48,336 nucleotides of DNA, taken from Spirochaetota bacterium. Lineage in GTDB: Bacteria > Spirochaetota > Spirochaetia > Treponematales > UBA12059. Within the stretch, counting starts at the first letter, position 1. Each line of letters begins with the position of its first letter. The stretch covers positions 1 through 48,336 of the forward strand of contig JAKPMS010000211.1 in NCBI GenBank assembly GCA_029548805.1, read 5' to 3'. Shown one piece after another: positions 19,023 to 27,916 of this stretch. The position numbers and the translations under genes were made by a program. Under the pieces are notes generated by a model that saw nothing but the letters and a program-made list of their open reading frames with translations, was not told where the DNA came from and did not search any database.

Positions 19023-21500
19023 TCAGTTTCTGGCAACCAGACTCTTTTTGCTTTCTGGCTTTGCAAGTTTGATGCTAAGAAAACCGTCCTTCTCCTTTAC
19101 CCTAGCCACCGTCCCGGGCGGACAGCTGCCATCCACTATGGAAACAGCCAGAGGATCTTCTATCAGTTTAGTAATGAGCCTTTTCATGGGCCTGGCTCCG
19201 TATGCTTCGTCGTAGCCATCCTCTATAAGTCTCTCATAGGCCTTGCTATCCAGTTCCAGAAAAATGCCTTTTTCCATAAGCCGTTTTTTAAGAATGGAAA
19301 GCTCAAGCTCCAGGACCGCCCTGATCTGTGTTTTGTCCAGGGGATGAAACACTACCACTTCGTCCACCCTGTTGAGGAATTCCGGATTAAACTGCTTTTT
19401 TAGCTCTGACAAGGCTGCATCCTTTACTGCCTTATAGTCAAAACGTCTTTCTTCGGCTCCAAACCCGAGTCTTGCTCCCCTTAGCAAATCCTTGGTCCCG
19501 GCATTGCTGGTCATTATGATTACACAGTTCCTGAAGGATACGGTATGTCCAAGATTGTCCTGCAGTTCTCCTTCTTCCAGCAGTTGCAGAAGAAGATTGA
19601 AAACATCGGGATGGGCTTTTTCTATTTCGTCAAACAGCACAACGCTGTATGGCCTGCGGCGCACCCGCTCTGTAAGCATTCCGCCTTCATCATAGCCAAC
19701 ATAGCCGGGAGGAGAACCGACCAGCCTTGATGCATTGTGTTTTTCCATAAAGTCGGACATGTCTATTCGAATAAGGGCGTCTTCGCTGCCAAAAAGGCTT
19801 TCGGCCAGGGTTTTGGCCAACAGAGTTTTGCCAACTCCCGTGGGTCCAAGAAATATGAAGGAGCCCAAAGGCCGTCGCGGGTCGGAGATTCCCGCCCTGG
19901 AGCGCCTTACCGCAGCGGCAAGGGCCTTGACCGCAAAACCCTGGCCGACAACCCTGCTGTGAAGCTTGTCTTCAAGCGACAAAAGCTTTTCGGACTCGCC
20001 TTCTGTAATACGCTCCAAAGGTATGCCAGTCATGTCTGACACGATTTCCTTGATATCATCGATGCCGATTACAATGTCCCTGTCCGGAGAGTTGACAAGG
20101 CTGTCCCTTATGGTTTGCAGCCTAAGCTTTAGCTCCTTGGCTTTGTCCCTTACTACGGCAGCTTTTTCGTAATTCTGGGTTGTTACAAGAGCAAGTTTTT
20201 CCTCGTTCAGCTTTTTTATTTCCTCTTCTATTGTGCCCAGTTCTTTTGAACTCTCAGGATTGTCTATCTTTTTTTTGGCTCCTGCCTCATCCATAACGTC
20301 TATGGCTTTATCGGGCAGAAAGCGTTCGGTCAAATAGCGTTTTGCGTATTTGACACAGGCTTCTATGGCTTCGTCACTATAGGAAATGCCATGATAGCGT
20401 TCATATTTTTCTTTTATTCCTTCCAGAATTTTAAGGGTTTCTTCGTCATTTGGTTCATTCACAAGGACAGCCTGAAAGCGTCTTTCAAGAGCTGCATCCT
20501 TTTCAAAATACTTTCTGTATTCATCCAGGGTTGTGGCTCCGATGCATTGTATTTCTCCCCTGGACAAAGCCGGCTTCAGCATATTGGATGCATCAATGGT
20601 CCCTTCCGCGCTGCCGGCTCCAATAATGGTATGCAGTTCGTCAATAAAAAGTATTATGTTGCCGGCCTTGCGTATCTCCTTCATTATGCGCTTCAGCCTG
20701 TCTTCAAACTCGCCCCTGTATTTTGTGCCCGCAACAATGGATGCCATATCCAGCGCAATAAGCCTTTTGCCAAAAAGCCCTTCAGGGACTTCTCCCCTTA
20801 TCATTTTTATGGCCAGGCCCTCCACTATTGCTGTCTTGCCAACTCCCGGGTCCCCAATCAGAACGGGGTTGTTTTTGTTGCGCCTGGACAGGATGCGTAC
20901 AATGCGCCTTAGTTCGGCTTCTCTGCCAATAATGGGGTCTATCAAATCATCCCTTGCCCAGGCGCTAAGGTCCCTGGAATGTTCATCCAGGAGGGGTGTA
21001 TAACTGGGCTTTTTGGGCGGCTGCATATAGCTGCGAGTTCTGGTTTCGGCAGCATCGCTGGGGCCGGAACCGACAAATTTGGCGGAAGCCCTTAGCTGTT
21101 CGTAAAAAATTCCGTTGCGAGAAAGGCTTTGTTCAAAGACCGAGCCGGATTCCCTGGCTGCAGCCATGATCAAGTGCTCCGTGCCTATGTACTCGCTGTC
21201 CAGCTGCCTGGCTTCTTCTGCAGCTGTCTCCAGCATGGACTTGAGCCGTCTGGATAGGGGCGCATCTCCAAGCAAAAACCCGCCCTTGCGTCCGGAAGCA
21301 CTGCGTTCAAGCTCCAGCACCAGTTCCTTTATGTTAATTTTAAGTGACGAAACAAGCTTGTATGCGGAGCTGTCGCTTTCTGACAGCAGCGCAAGCAATA
21401 CGTGTTCGGGGGCAAGCTCCGGAGAATGAAAACGCCTTGCTTCTTCCTGGGCAAGTATGGTTAATACTCGTTGAGCCCTTTTGGTCAAACCTTTATACAT
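19023..21500 (-). CDS. clpC: ATP-dependent Clp protease ATP-binding subunit ClpC
   Basis: ORF 19023..21587 trimmed to ATG 21500 (MYKGLTKRAQRVL; clears the mcsB stop at 21505). Two Clp_N repeats, AAA1 GDPGVGKTA, UVR linker (NYEKAAVVRDKAKEL), AAA2 GPTGVGKTLLAK, sensor GARPMKR. Confidence 0.95.
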   Translation of the reverse strand: MYKGLTKRAQRVLTILAQEEARRFHSPELAPEHVLLALLSESDSSAYKLVSSLKINIKELVLELERSASGRKGGFLLGDAPLSRRLKSMLETAAEEARQLDSEYIGTEHLIMAAARESGSVFEQSLSRNGIFYEQLRASAKFVGSGPSDAAETRTRSYMQPPKKPSYTPLLDEHSRDLSAWARDDLIDPIIGREAELRRIVRILSRRNKNNPVLIGDPGVGKTAIVEGLAIKMIRGEVPEGLFGKRLIALDMASIVAGTKYRGEFEDRLKRIMKEIRKAGNIILFIDELHTIIGAGSAEGTIDASNMLKPALSRGEIQCIGATTLDEYRKYFEKDAALERRFQAVLVNEPNDEETLKILEGIKEKYERYHGISYSDEAIEACVKYAKRYLTERFLPDKAIDVMDEAGAKKKIDNPESSKELGTIEEEIKKLNEEKLALVTTQNYEKAAVVRDKAKELKLRLQTIRDSLVNSPDRDIVIGIDDIKEIVSDMTGIPLERITEGESEKLLSLEDKLHSRVVGQGFAVKALAAAVRRSRAGISDPRRPLGSFIFLGPTGVGKTLLAKTLAESLFGSEDALIRIDMSDFMEKHNASRLVGSPPGYVGYDEGGMLTERVRRRPYSVVLFDEIEKAHPDVFNLLLQLLEEGELQDNLGHTVSFRNCVIIMTSNAGTKDLLRGARLGFGAEERRFDYKAVKDAALSELKKQFNPEFLNRVDEVVVFHPLDKTQIRAVLELELSILKKRLMEKGIFLELDSKAYERLIEDGYDEAYGARPMKRLITKLIEDPLAVSIVDGSCPPGTVARVKEKDGFLSIKLAKPESKKSLVARN

Positions 21501-21504
21501 ATGG

Positions 21505-22569
21505 CTATAATCCCTTCCTGAAATGCAATGCTGAAAGCTCTTTTGCCAGCACCCTTGCCCTGAAGCAGGATTCCGGCACGGCTGCATGCTGCTCTGTTCC
21601 GGTTTCCGGCATGGAATTTTTTGCGGCTTTATGGGTTTTTATTTCCAATTGCTGCCATATATCACTTATCCTGCCAAGGCTCAAGCCTTCCAGCACTCCT
21701 GCAACAATACCAAAACGGAGGCCCAAAATTATTTCTGTAGCCTCATCGCGGCTTACCAGGCGGGCACAGTTGGCCCGGCCCAAGGCGCGGCCAATGCTGT
21801 CCAAAACATCCAGCTGGCTGCGTTTCATAAGCTGTTCTCTGGAGCTTTTTTCATACTCATGTAAAAGCCTGGCAATTTCTTCCAGCTTTTGGATACTGTC
21901 TTCTTCGGCTTCCCTGGAACCAGGAGGCAGGCCAATATCAAAAAGCGAAGTATTTCCGTGGGCAGAATACCTGCCATTAACCATAAAACCTGCCTCTATG
22001 ATCCTTTTAAAAGCGCTGTCAGCCAGTCCGGACATAATAAGCGCCGGGGTATGGGCCCTGAATCCGGCATACAAACCAGATCCCGACAATGCTAAATCCG
22101 CCTGTAAATAGCCCAATTCCGGATCAAAAGCCCAGTCCAGCTGTTTTGCCATGGCGTTGTCTGTTTCATTTACCCTGTCCCATGCTCCAAGCAAATTCAG
22201 TCCAGGCAATACAGCACGAAAAGATACATGGGCTTCTTCATTAAAAACCATACACAAGCTGTCTTTGGGGCTGAAAACAGCATAATTGGAATCATTAAGC
22301 ACAAAATGCTTTTTATAAAAGCTTTTTTCTACAAGGGCTGTCTTTACATCCGCATCCAGGCCTGACAGCTTTGTTACAATATACCCAAGGCTTTCTGCCC
22401 TGGCTGCCAGCAAATCAGCCAGACAGGCATTTTGCAAATCTGAAGCTTTGTGGGTAAAATGACAGCCTTTTACGTTTCTGTACAAGCCTGCATAAGAAAA
22501 CAATATTGTATCGAACAAACTGTAATCCGTTTCTATAAAAGGTTCAAACAAGCTGGCTAACGAGTTCAA
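21505..22569 (-). CDS. mcsB: McsB-like protein (ATP:guanido phosphotransferase fold; catalytic signature degenerate)
   Basis: Collinear with McsB as I recall it: LYRN..., VEKSF..., NEEAHVSFRAVLPG (cf. NEEDHIRIQ), YLQADLALSGSGLYAG (cf. YLTSCPTNVGTGLRAS), C-terminal LGRANCARLVSRDEATEIILGLRFGIVAG. TTG start overlapping the mcsA stop (TTGA). Sits between mcsA and clpC. Confidence 0.8.
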   Translation of the reverse strand: MNSLASLFEPFIETDYSLFDTILFSYAGLYRNVKGCHFTHKASDLQNACLADLLAARAESLGYIVTKLSGLDADVKTALVEKSFYKKHFVLNDSNYAVFSPKDSLCMVFNEEAHVSFRAVLPGLNLLGAWDRVNETDNAMAKQLDWAFDPELGYLQADLALSGSGLYAGFRAHTPALIMSGLADSAFKRIIEAGFMVNGRYSAHGNTSLFDIGLPPGSREAEEDSIQKLEEIARLLHEYEKSSREQLMKRSQLDVLDSIGRALGRANCARLVSRDEATEIILGLRFGIVAGVLEGLSLGRISDIWQQLEIKTHKAAKNSMPETGTEQHAAVPESCFRARVLAKELSALHFRKGL

Positions 22570-23018
22570 ATTTCATACTCTCCTGTTTTTCCAAGCAGCT
22601 TGTCCCTGTAAAGCGCCGCTGCTTCAAAGTCCTCTTTTAAAATTGCCTCTTTCATAGCCATGTTTAATGCTTTCAGTTCGTTTTGCAAAATGTCATCATG
22701 CCTTTTGGCTGACTTGTCTGCAGGCCTTTTGCCTTTGTAAGGCTTTCTGGCAAGCAGCCGCCTTTTTAGCGCATCAACACTATGCTTAAAGGTTTTTATG
22801 CATTCTGTACAGCCAATCTTACCGCTGGCCTTGAATTGCATAATAGTCCATGAGCACTCGGGGCATGCTAAAGCGGAATTATCGCTATCCTGAGCCATGG
22901 AATCCCAGATATAAGCCTTTGAAACCACGCAGTTATGGCAAAGCCTTTCTTCGCTGCCGTCACTGGAGGGGAATATATAAAAAACACTGGCTTCCTTGCC
23001 GCAATTTTCACACTTCAT
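22566..23018 (-). CDS. mcsA: McsA-like zinc-finger / UVR-domain protein (activator of McsB)
   Basis: MKCENCGKEASVFY...LCHNC, then CPECSWTIMQFKASGKIGCTECIKTF (cf. B. subtilis CPKCGMTFQQFRKIGRFGCSECYKTF), then UVR motif EDFEAAALYRDKL. Start placed at ATG 23018 by analogy to MICQEC; ATGs at 23036 and 23057 are alternatives, and none has a clear SD. Confidence 0.75.
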   Translation of the reverse strand: MKCENCGKEASVFYIFPSSDGSEERLCHNCVVSKAYIWDSMAQDSDNSALACPECSWTIMQFKASGKIGCTECIKTFKHSVDALKRRLLARKPYKGKRPADKSAKRHDDILQNELKALNMAMKEAILKEDFEAAALYRDKLLGKTGEYEI

Positions 23019-23124
23019 ACAATCAATATATTGCATTTTGGCCGGGCTTGAAAGCATACAGGCAACGATGTATTATAAAGAGAAAAATTTCTTGATTAAA
23101 ACCTATCGATGAAAGGACAATAAA

Positions 23125-24138
23125 ATGTTTAAGTTCTTGTTGGTTTTGGCAATTTCTTTAAACTTGGCCATTCAGCCTTTTGCGCTTGGAAGCAAGGATT
23201 CGATTAAAGAAACCAGCCAGGCAGAAGTTGCAACAGATAAGGCCATGGTATTAAAAACCGCTGCCATAAAAGGGCCTACCGGGCTTGGAATGATTCATCT
23301 TTTTGAGAACCCTCCCCTTTTGGCCCAGAATGCAAGCGTAAAAACCGAAGCTTTGGCTTCTGCCGATGCCATGGCTGCTAAAATGCTTTCCGGAGAAGTG
23401 GATATAGCCCTGCTTCCGGTCAATATGGCAGCCAAACTTTACAATTCCGGCCTGGACTACAGGCTTCTTGCAGTAGTCGGAAATGGCATGTTCAAAATTC
23501 TTAGCGCCGATCCGTCCATAAAGGCAGTCGGAGATCTTAAAGGCAAGGAATTATATATAGCCGGTCAGGGAGCTACCCCGGATTTTCTTTTGCGCAGCAT
23601 CCTGCCTGCCTACGGGATAAAACCAGAACAGGATATAAAGCTTGTTTACAGCATGGCAGCCCCGGAAATTGCAGCCAGCCTTATTGCCGGCCGGGTCAGG
23701 CATGCAGTATTGCCCGAGCCCTTTGCCACCATGGCCCTGCTTGGCAACACGGAGATAAGGGTGGCCATGGATTTATCAAAGCTTTGGGAAGCCTACAGCG
23801 GACAAAATGATTATCCGGTAAGTGTTGTTGTAATCAAATCTTCCATTATTGCAGACAGACCAAAAGCTGTAATCGGATTTATGGATGCATACAAGGCTTC
23901 CATAGATGCAGTGCTGGCAAATCCTATAGAAGCCGGACAGCTGGCAGAAAAGCATGATCTTGGGCTTAAAGCCGACATAGCGGCCAAAGCCATACCGGAA
24001 TGCGCTTTTACCTTTATAAAAGCCCCCGAGGCTAAAAAATCCATAGAAGCTCTTTTGTCCATTTTTCTTAAAGCAGCTCCTGTTTCTGTAGGAGGAAAGC
24101 TTCCTGATGAAGGTTTTTACGTCCAGCTTCAAAACTAA
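23125..24138 (+). CDS. ABC transporter substrate-binding protein (NMT1/THI5-like, NitT/TauT family)
   Basis: Signal peptide MFKFLLVLAISLNLAIQPFALG; periplasmic-binding-fold sequence. AAAGGA SD. Followed by a cognate permease and ATPase. Confidence 0.85.
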   Translation: MFKFLLVLAISLNLAIQPFALGSKDSIKETSQAEVATDKAMVLKTAAIKGPTGLGMIHLFENPPLLAQNASVKTEALASADAMAAKMLSGEVDIALLPVNMAAKLYNSGLDYRLLAVVGNGMFKILSADPSIKAVGDLKGKELYIAGQGATPDFLLRSILPAYGIKPEQDIKLVYSMAAPEIAASLIAGRVRHAVLPEPFATMALLGNTEIRVAMDLSKLWEAYSGQNDYPVSVVVIKSSIIADRPKAVIGFMDAYKASIDAVLANPIEAGQLAEKHDLGLKADIAAKAIPECAFTFIKAPEAKKSIEALLSIFLKAAPVSVGGKLPDEGFYVQLQN

Positions 24139-24868
24139 ATCCAACACCATTCTGGCTGCTGCTTTTTTCCTGGCACTATGGAAACTGGCGGCAGCGGGCA
24201 TAAATACAGAAATCATTCTTCCGTCGCCGGAAAGGGTTCTTAAAGCCTTTTTGGAAATCATAAAAAACGGCAAGTTTTTGCCTGCACTTGGCGCAAGCGC
24301 TTTAAGGGGACTTTTTGCCTTTTGCCTGTCAATGCTGTTGGGAAGCGCCGCAGGTTTTATTTTTGCCTTGTCCAAGACTGTTGAATCGGCTTTTTCTCCG
24401 CTAATGACGGTAATAAGAGCCACACCCGTGTTGGCTGTCATTCTTTTGGCTTTAATTTGGTTCAAGTCTGACTTTGTACCCGTTTTTTCCGCTGTAATTA
24501 TGGCTTTTCCCGTAGTTACGGCAGAAATTGCCCTTGGTGTAAAATCTGTGGACCCCAAACTTATAGAGATGGCCAGGGTTTTTGGCTCATCAGCGCGCGA
24601 CAGGAATTTGTATATACGCCTGCCTTCTGCCATGCCTCATGTACTGTCTGCGGCCAAAAATGCGCTTGGCCTGTCCTGGAAGGTAATTGTGGCAGGAGAA
24701 GTGCTCAGCCAGCCGGAAAAGGCCATAGGAACAGGAATGCAGTATGCCAGGGTAATGCTGGAAACCGCAGAAGTTTTTGCATGGGCCAGCGCTGCAGTGC
24801 TTTTGTGTGCCCTGAGTGATGCCATATTTGACCGTTTTGGAAAGAAGCTTGCATGGCCTACAAAGTGA
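24107..24868 (+). CDS. ABC transporter permease (NitT/TauT family)
   Basis: About 6 TM. EAA-type loop (MARVFGSSARDRNLYIRLPSAMPHVLSAAKNALGLSWKVIVAGE). GGAGGA SD about 10 nt upstream. Confidence 0.9.
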   Translation: MKVFTSSFKTKSNTILAAAFFLALWKLAAAGINTEIILPSPERVLKAFLEIIKNGKFLPALGASALRGLFAFCLSMLLGSAAGFIFALSKTVESAFSPLMTVIRATPVLAVILLALIWFKSDFVPVFSAVIMAFPVVTAEIALGVKSVDPKLIEMARVFGSSARDRNLYIRLPSAMPHVLSAAKNALGLSWKVIVAGEVLSQPEKAIGTGMQYARVMLETAEVFAWASAAVLLCALSDAIFDRFGKKLAWPTK

Positions 24869-25593
24869 CCTCCCTTTACAAAGCCTATGGAAAAGAAAAA
24901 GTACTGGGGGGACTGGATCTTGAATTCCCTGCTGGTAAAGTTACCGTGGTTTTAGGACCTTCTGGCTGCGGCAAAACAAGCCTCCTTAATATTTTGGCAG
25001 GGCTGGACACAGCCTATTCCGGCTCGGTTACAGGCTTTGAAAGCGATGCTATAAGCTATGTGTTTCAGGAAGACAGGCTGCTGCCATGGATGGGAGCCAA
25101 AGCCAATATTGTTTTTGCCTTAAGAAACAAAATGGGCAAGGAGCTTGCGGAAAAAGCAGCCACAGATGCGCTTTTGGCAGTCGGCCTTGCATCATACCTG
25201 GAAGCAAGGCCCGGCAGCCTGTCTGGCGGAATGCGAAGAAGAGTGGCGCTTGCAAGGGCTTTTGCATATCCTTCCGACCTGTTCCTTCTGGATGAACCTT
25301 TCTCTTCCCTGGATCTAAAAACCAGGATTGCAGTTATGGACCTTTTTTTAAAGCTTAGAGCCAGTGACGGAAGGGGGGCCGTGATTGTAACCCATGATGT
25401 AAGAGAAGCCATTTATCTGGCAGACAGAATAGTAAGCCTGTCCGAAAAACCTTCTGTTGTGGTGGACAGCCTTGATATTGACATGTCAAGAGCTGACAGA
25501 TCCTTTGCAAGCGGAGCTGCTGCAGCCCTGGAAGCCAGATTATATGCTTCTATTCTTTCTCCTGCGCACTCAAAAGAATGGCCAGGGCATTAA
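24853..25593 (+). CDS. ABC transporter ATP-binding protein
   Basis: Walker A GPSGCGKTS, Q-loop, signature LSGGMRRRVALARA, Walker B LFLLDEPFSSLD, H-loop THD. Confidence 0.93.
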   Translation: MAYKVTSLYKAYGKEKVLGGLDLEFPAGKVTVVLGPSGCGKTSLLNILAGLDTAYSGSVTGFESDAISYVFQEDRLLPWMGAKANIVFALRNKMGKELAEKAATDALLAVGLASYLEARPGSLSGGMRRRVALARAFAYPSDLFLLDEPFSSLDLKTRIAVMDLFLKLRASDGRGAVIVTHDVREAIYLADRIVSLSEKPSVVVDSLDIDMSRADRSFASGAAAALEARLYASILSPAHSKEWPGH

Positions 25594-27496
25594 ATAGTTC
25601 ATCTTCCATGAAAGGTTTGAACAAAAAAATGGTTTTTCCGTTTTTTTCGTCAAAATGCAATGCAAGTTTGGCTTTGGATTTACCCTGTTTGACAGCCTGG
25701 TGCTGCAAGCTGCCTTCATCTTCAAGAAACAGCATGGCCAGGTCAGGAAAAAGCTTGCGAAGCCTGATTGCCAATTCTTCTCCGGATATAAGCGGCATAA
25801 CATAGTCAGAAATTGCTGCATCTAGCGAAAATTGTTCTGCCATAAGCAGGGCTTCGCCGGGTTCACGGGTGGAATGAACATGAAAGCCTACCCTGCTCAA
25901 CAGCCCTTCCAGAATGGTTCTTACAACATCATCCCTTATTACAAGCAGCAGCGTTTTTCCTGTGCCAAGCTTGTAATAATAATTGTTTTCATCCTGCATG
26001 GCTTCGGTTTCATCCGCCAAAGCGTCAGATTTTTTTGCCACAGGGAATAAAAGTCTTACTTTTGTTCCCTGCTCCGGAGCAGAGTCTACCAAAATATGCC
26101 CGTCGCTGGCTTGTGTTATCATCAATACGGTGGACAATCCTAGACCTGTTCCCTGGTCGGCCTTTTTGGTCGTAAAAAACGGCTGAAATATTTTTTCTAA
26201 TATTTCCGGATCTATGCCTTTTCCGTTATCTTCAACTTCCAGATATGCCCATCTGCCGGGCTTTGCCTTGCTGTTTGTAGCTGCGCCTTTTTTGATATTA
26301 ACAATGCCTGTAGACAATTTGACAAGCCCGCCATTCGGCAGTGCGTCCCTGGCATTTATTACCAGGTTAATTATGGCCATTTCGATTTTTACGGGATCGG
26401 AATATATCCAGTCTTTGTCGGAGAAGCTGAACAATGACAGCTTTATATTGGGATTGATATAGCGCTTAAGCATAATTTCGCTTTCCCTGCACAATTCTGA
26501 CAGCCTGAAGCAAGAGGGCGCAGTCTTTTCCCTCCTAGAAAAAACCATCAATTGCTTCGTGAGGTTGGCAGCCCTGTTTACTGCCTTCTCTATGCCGTCC
26601 AATGAAGCGCTTTCTTTTCCCCAGGCTTCCAGGTCAAATCTTAGCAAGCGGGCATAACCCAAAATAGCTGTAAGCACATTGTTAAAATCATGTGCAACCC
26701 CTCCGGAAAGCCTGCCTAGGGCACTCAGTTTCTGGTTATGCCCAAGTTCTTCTTCCAGTTGCTTTCTGTACGTTATATCTATGGCTTGACACTGAAAAGC
26801 CTGCCTGCCATCGGGCAACAGGATTGGAGCTATAGACAGGATAATCCATACAAGGCTGGAATTATTCCGCTTGAAACATGTTTCAACCGGACCAACACTT
26901 GAAGCATTTTTTAATGCCGCAGCAATTTCGGTTTTTAAGCTTTCCGAGCCTAGGATATCCCAGATTGTAATAGTATTGCTGGCAAGCCTTGCAAAAGCTT
27001 CGTTGTATTCCATAATGGATCCGCTGGTATCTATAAGCATGGTAGCCGTAATACCGCTGCTAAATAAAAACTTGTAACGTTCTTCGCTTTCTTTAAGCTT
27101 TTTCTCCATGGAAGCCCTGAAAAGGCCTATGGATATGGCAATTTTCAGTTCACGTTCGTTATACGGTTTTATTATATAAGCATAAGGATGGGAAAACTTG
27201 GCCCGCTCGATAGTATGGTTGTCAGTAAAGGCTGTAAGCAGAATTACAGGAATTCTCCATTTTTCGTACAATATGGAAGCAGCTTCAATACCGTCTATCT
27301 CGCCCTGGAGTTTTATGTCCATCAGCACAATATCCGGTCTGTTTTCTTCTATGGAATCAAGCAGTTCTTCTGCGCTGGAAACCATTAGCCCCGGCTGGTA
27401 GCCATTCCTGTACAGGAAGGCCTGAAGGTCCAGTGCAATAATTTTTTCGTCTTCGCAAATGGCAATTTTTGGCTTGCTGTTAATACTGCTTTCCAT
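25550..27496 (-). CDS. Hybrid sensor kinase: REC - PAS - HisKA - HATPase_c - REC
   Basis: N-terminal receiver (IAICEDE...DIVLMDIKL...LLTAF...IIKPY), PAS (ERYKFLFSSGITATMLID), H-box SGGVAHDFNNVLTAILGY, N/G boxes (INARDAL; DNGKGI; GTGLGLS), C-terminal receiver-like domain (LLLVIRDD...AAISDYVMP...LFKPF). Confidence 0.9.
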   Translation of the reverse strand: MESSINSKPKIAICEDEKIIALDLQAFLYRNGYQPGLMVSSAEELLDSIEENRPDIVLMDIKLQGEIDGIEAASILYEKWRIPVILLTAFTDNHTIERAKFSHPYAYIIKPYNERELKIAISIGLFRASMEKKLKESEERYKFLFSSGITATMLIDTSGSIMEYNEAFARLASNTITIWDILGSESLKTEIAAALKNASSVGPVETCFKRNNSSLVWIILSIAPILLPDGRQAFQCQAIDITYRKQLEEELGHNQKLSALGRLSGGVAHDFNNVLTAILGYARLLRFDLEAWGKESASLDGIEKAVNRAANLTKQLMVFSRREKTAPSCFRLSELCRESEIMLKRYINPNIKLSLFSFSDKDWIYSDPVKIEMAIINLVINARDALPNGGLVKLSTGIVNIKKGAATNSKAKPGRWAYLEVEDNGKGIDPEILEKIFQPFFTTKKADQGTGLGLSTVLMITQASDGHILVDSAPEQGTKVRLLFPVAKKSDALADETEAMQDENNYYYKLGTGKTLLLVIRDDVVRTILEGLLSRVGFHVHSTREPGEALLMAEQFSLDAAISDYVMPLISGEELAIRLRKLFPDLAMLFLEDEGSLQHQAVKQGKSKAKLALHFDEKNGKTIFLFKPFMEDELFNALAILLSAQEKE

Positions 27497-27505
27497 TTTT
27501 TATGC

Positions 27506-27874
27506 TTATTCTGTTACCTTTTTTACTACAGCCAGCAGTTTTTCGGCACTGAATGGTTTTACAATCCAGCCAGTGGCACCCGCTTCCATGCCTTCGTTCA
27601 TTTTAGAACCCTGGGATTCGGTAGTAAGTATCAATATTGGTATAGACTTGTATTTTGGAATTTCTCTTGCCTTTTTAATAAAGCTTATCCCGTCCATATT
27701 GGGCATATTTATATCGGTTATAACCAGATCCAGCTTTGCGGCGGCACCCAGCTGTTTCAGGCCATCCAGTCCGTCTGCTGCCTCAAAAAGCTGATAGCCT
27801 TCCTGTTCCAATATGTAGGAAACACTATGCCTTATAGTTGCAGAATCATCAATTAGCAGAATGGACTTGCCCAT
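27506..27874 (-). CDS. CheY-like single-domain response regulator
   Basis: 122 aa. ILLIDDS, LVITDINMPNMDG, ILILTTE, IVKPF. AGGAGG SD. Confidence 0.9.
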   Translation of the reverse strand: MGKSILLIDDSATIRHSVSYILEQEGYQLFEAADGLDGLKQLGAAAKLDLVITDINMPNMDGISFIKKAREIPKYKSIPILILTTESQGSKMNEGMEAGATGWIVKPFSAEKLLAVVKKVTE

Positions 27875-27916
27875 TTTTCCTCCTGAAATATTAAATAATG
27901 GAACCCAACTTTTATT

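Noticed and set aside
21501-21587. N-terminal extensions of track ORFs: clpC (to 21587), LCP (to 37696), ispE (to 35459), lipoprotein (to 14828), spoVG (to 34431), ruvA (to 1497), NeuB-like (from 3275)
   Set aside because: The extensions overlap upstream genes or promoters, lack SDs and add non-homologous residues. Internal ATGs give canonical family N-termini, often with SDs or TAATG/ATGA coupling.
23019-23124. Looked for a CtsR operator (GGTCAAA-type direct repeat) upstream of mcsA and a TPP riboswitch upstream of the NMT1-type ABC importer
   Set aside because: Neither the heptad repeat nor the conserved TPP-riboswitch elements (CUGAGA / ACCUGA) are present. The spacer is too short for a riboswitch.
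25550-25593. 44-nt convergent 3' overlap between the ABC ATPase gene and the hybrid-kinase gene as a regulatory antisense arrangement
   Set aside because: Short convergent overlaps are common in compact genomes. The last 14 codons of the ATPase are non-conserved tail, and nothing in the sequence (such as a hairpin) indicates a specific mechanism.
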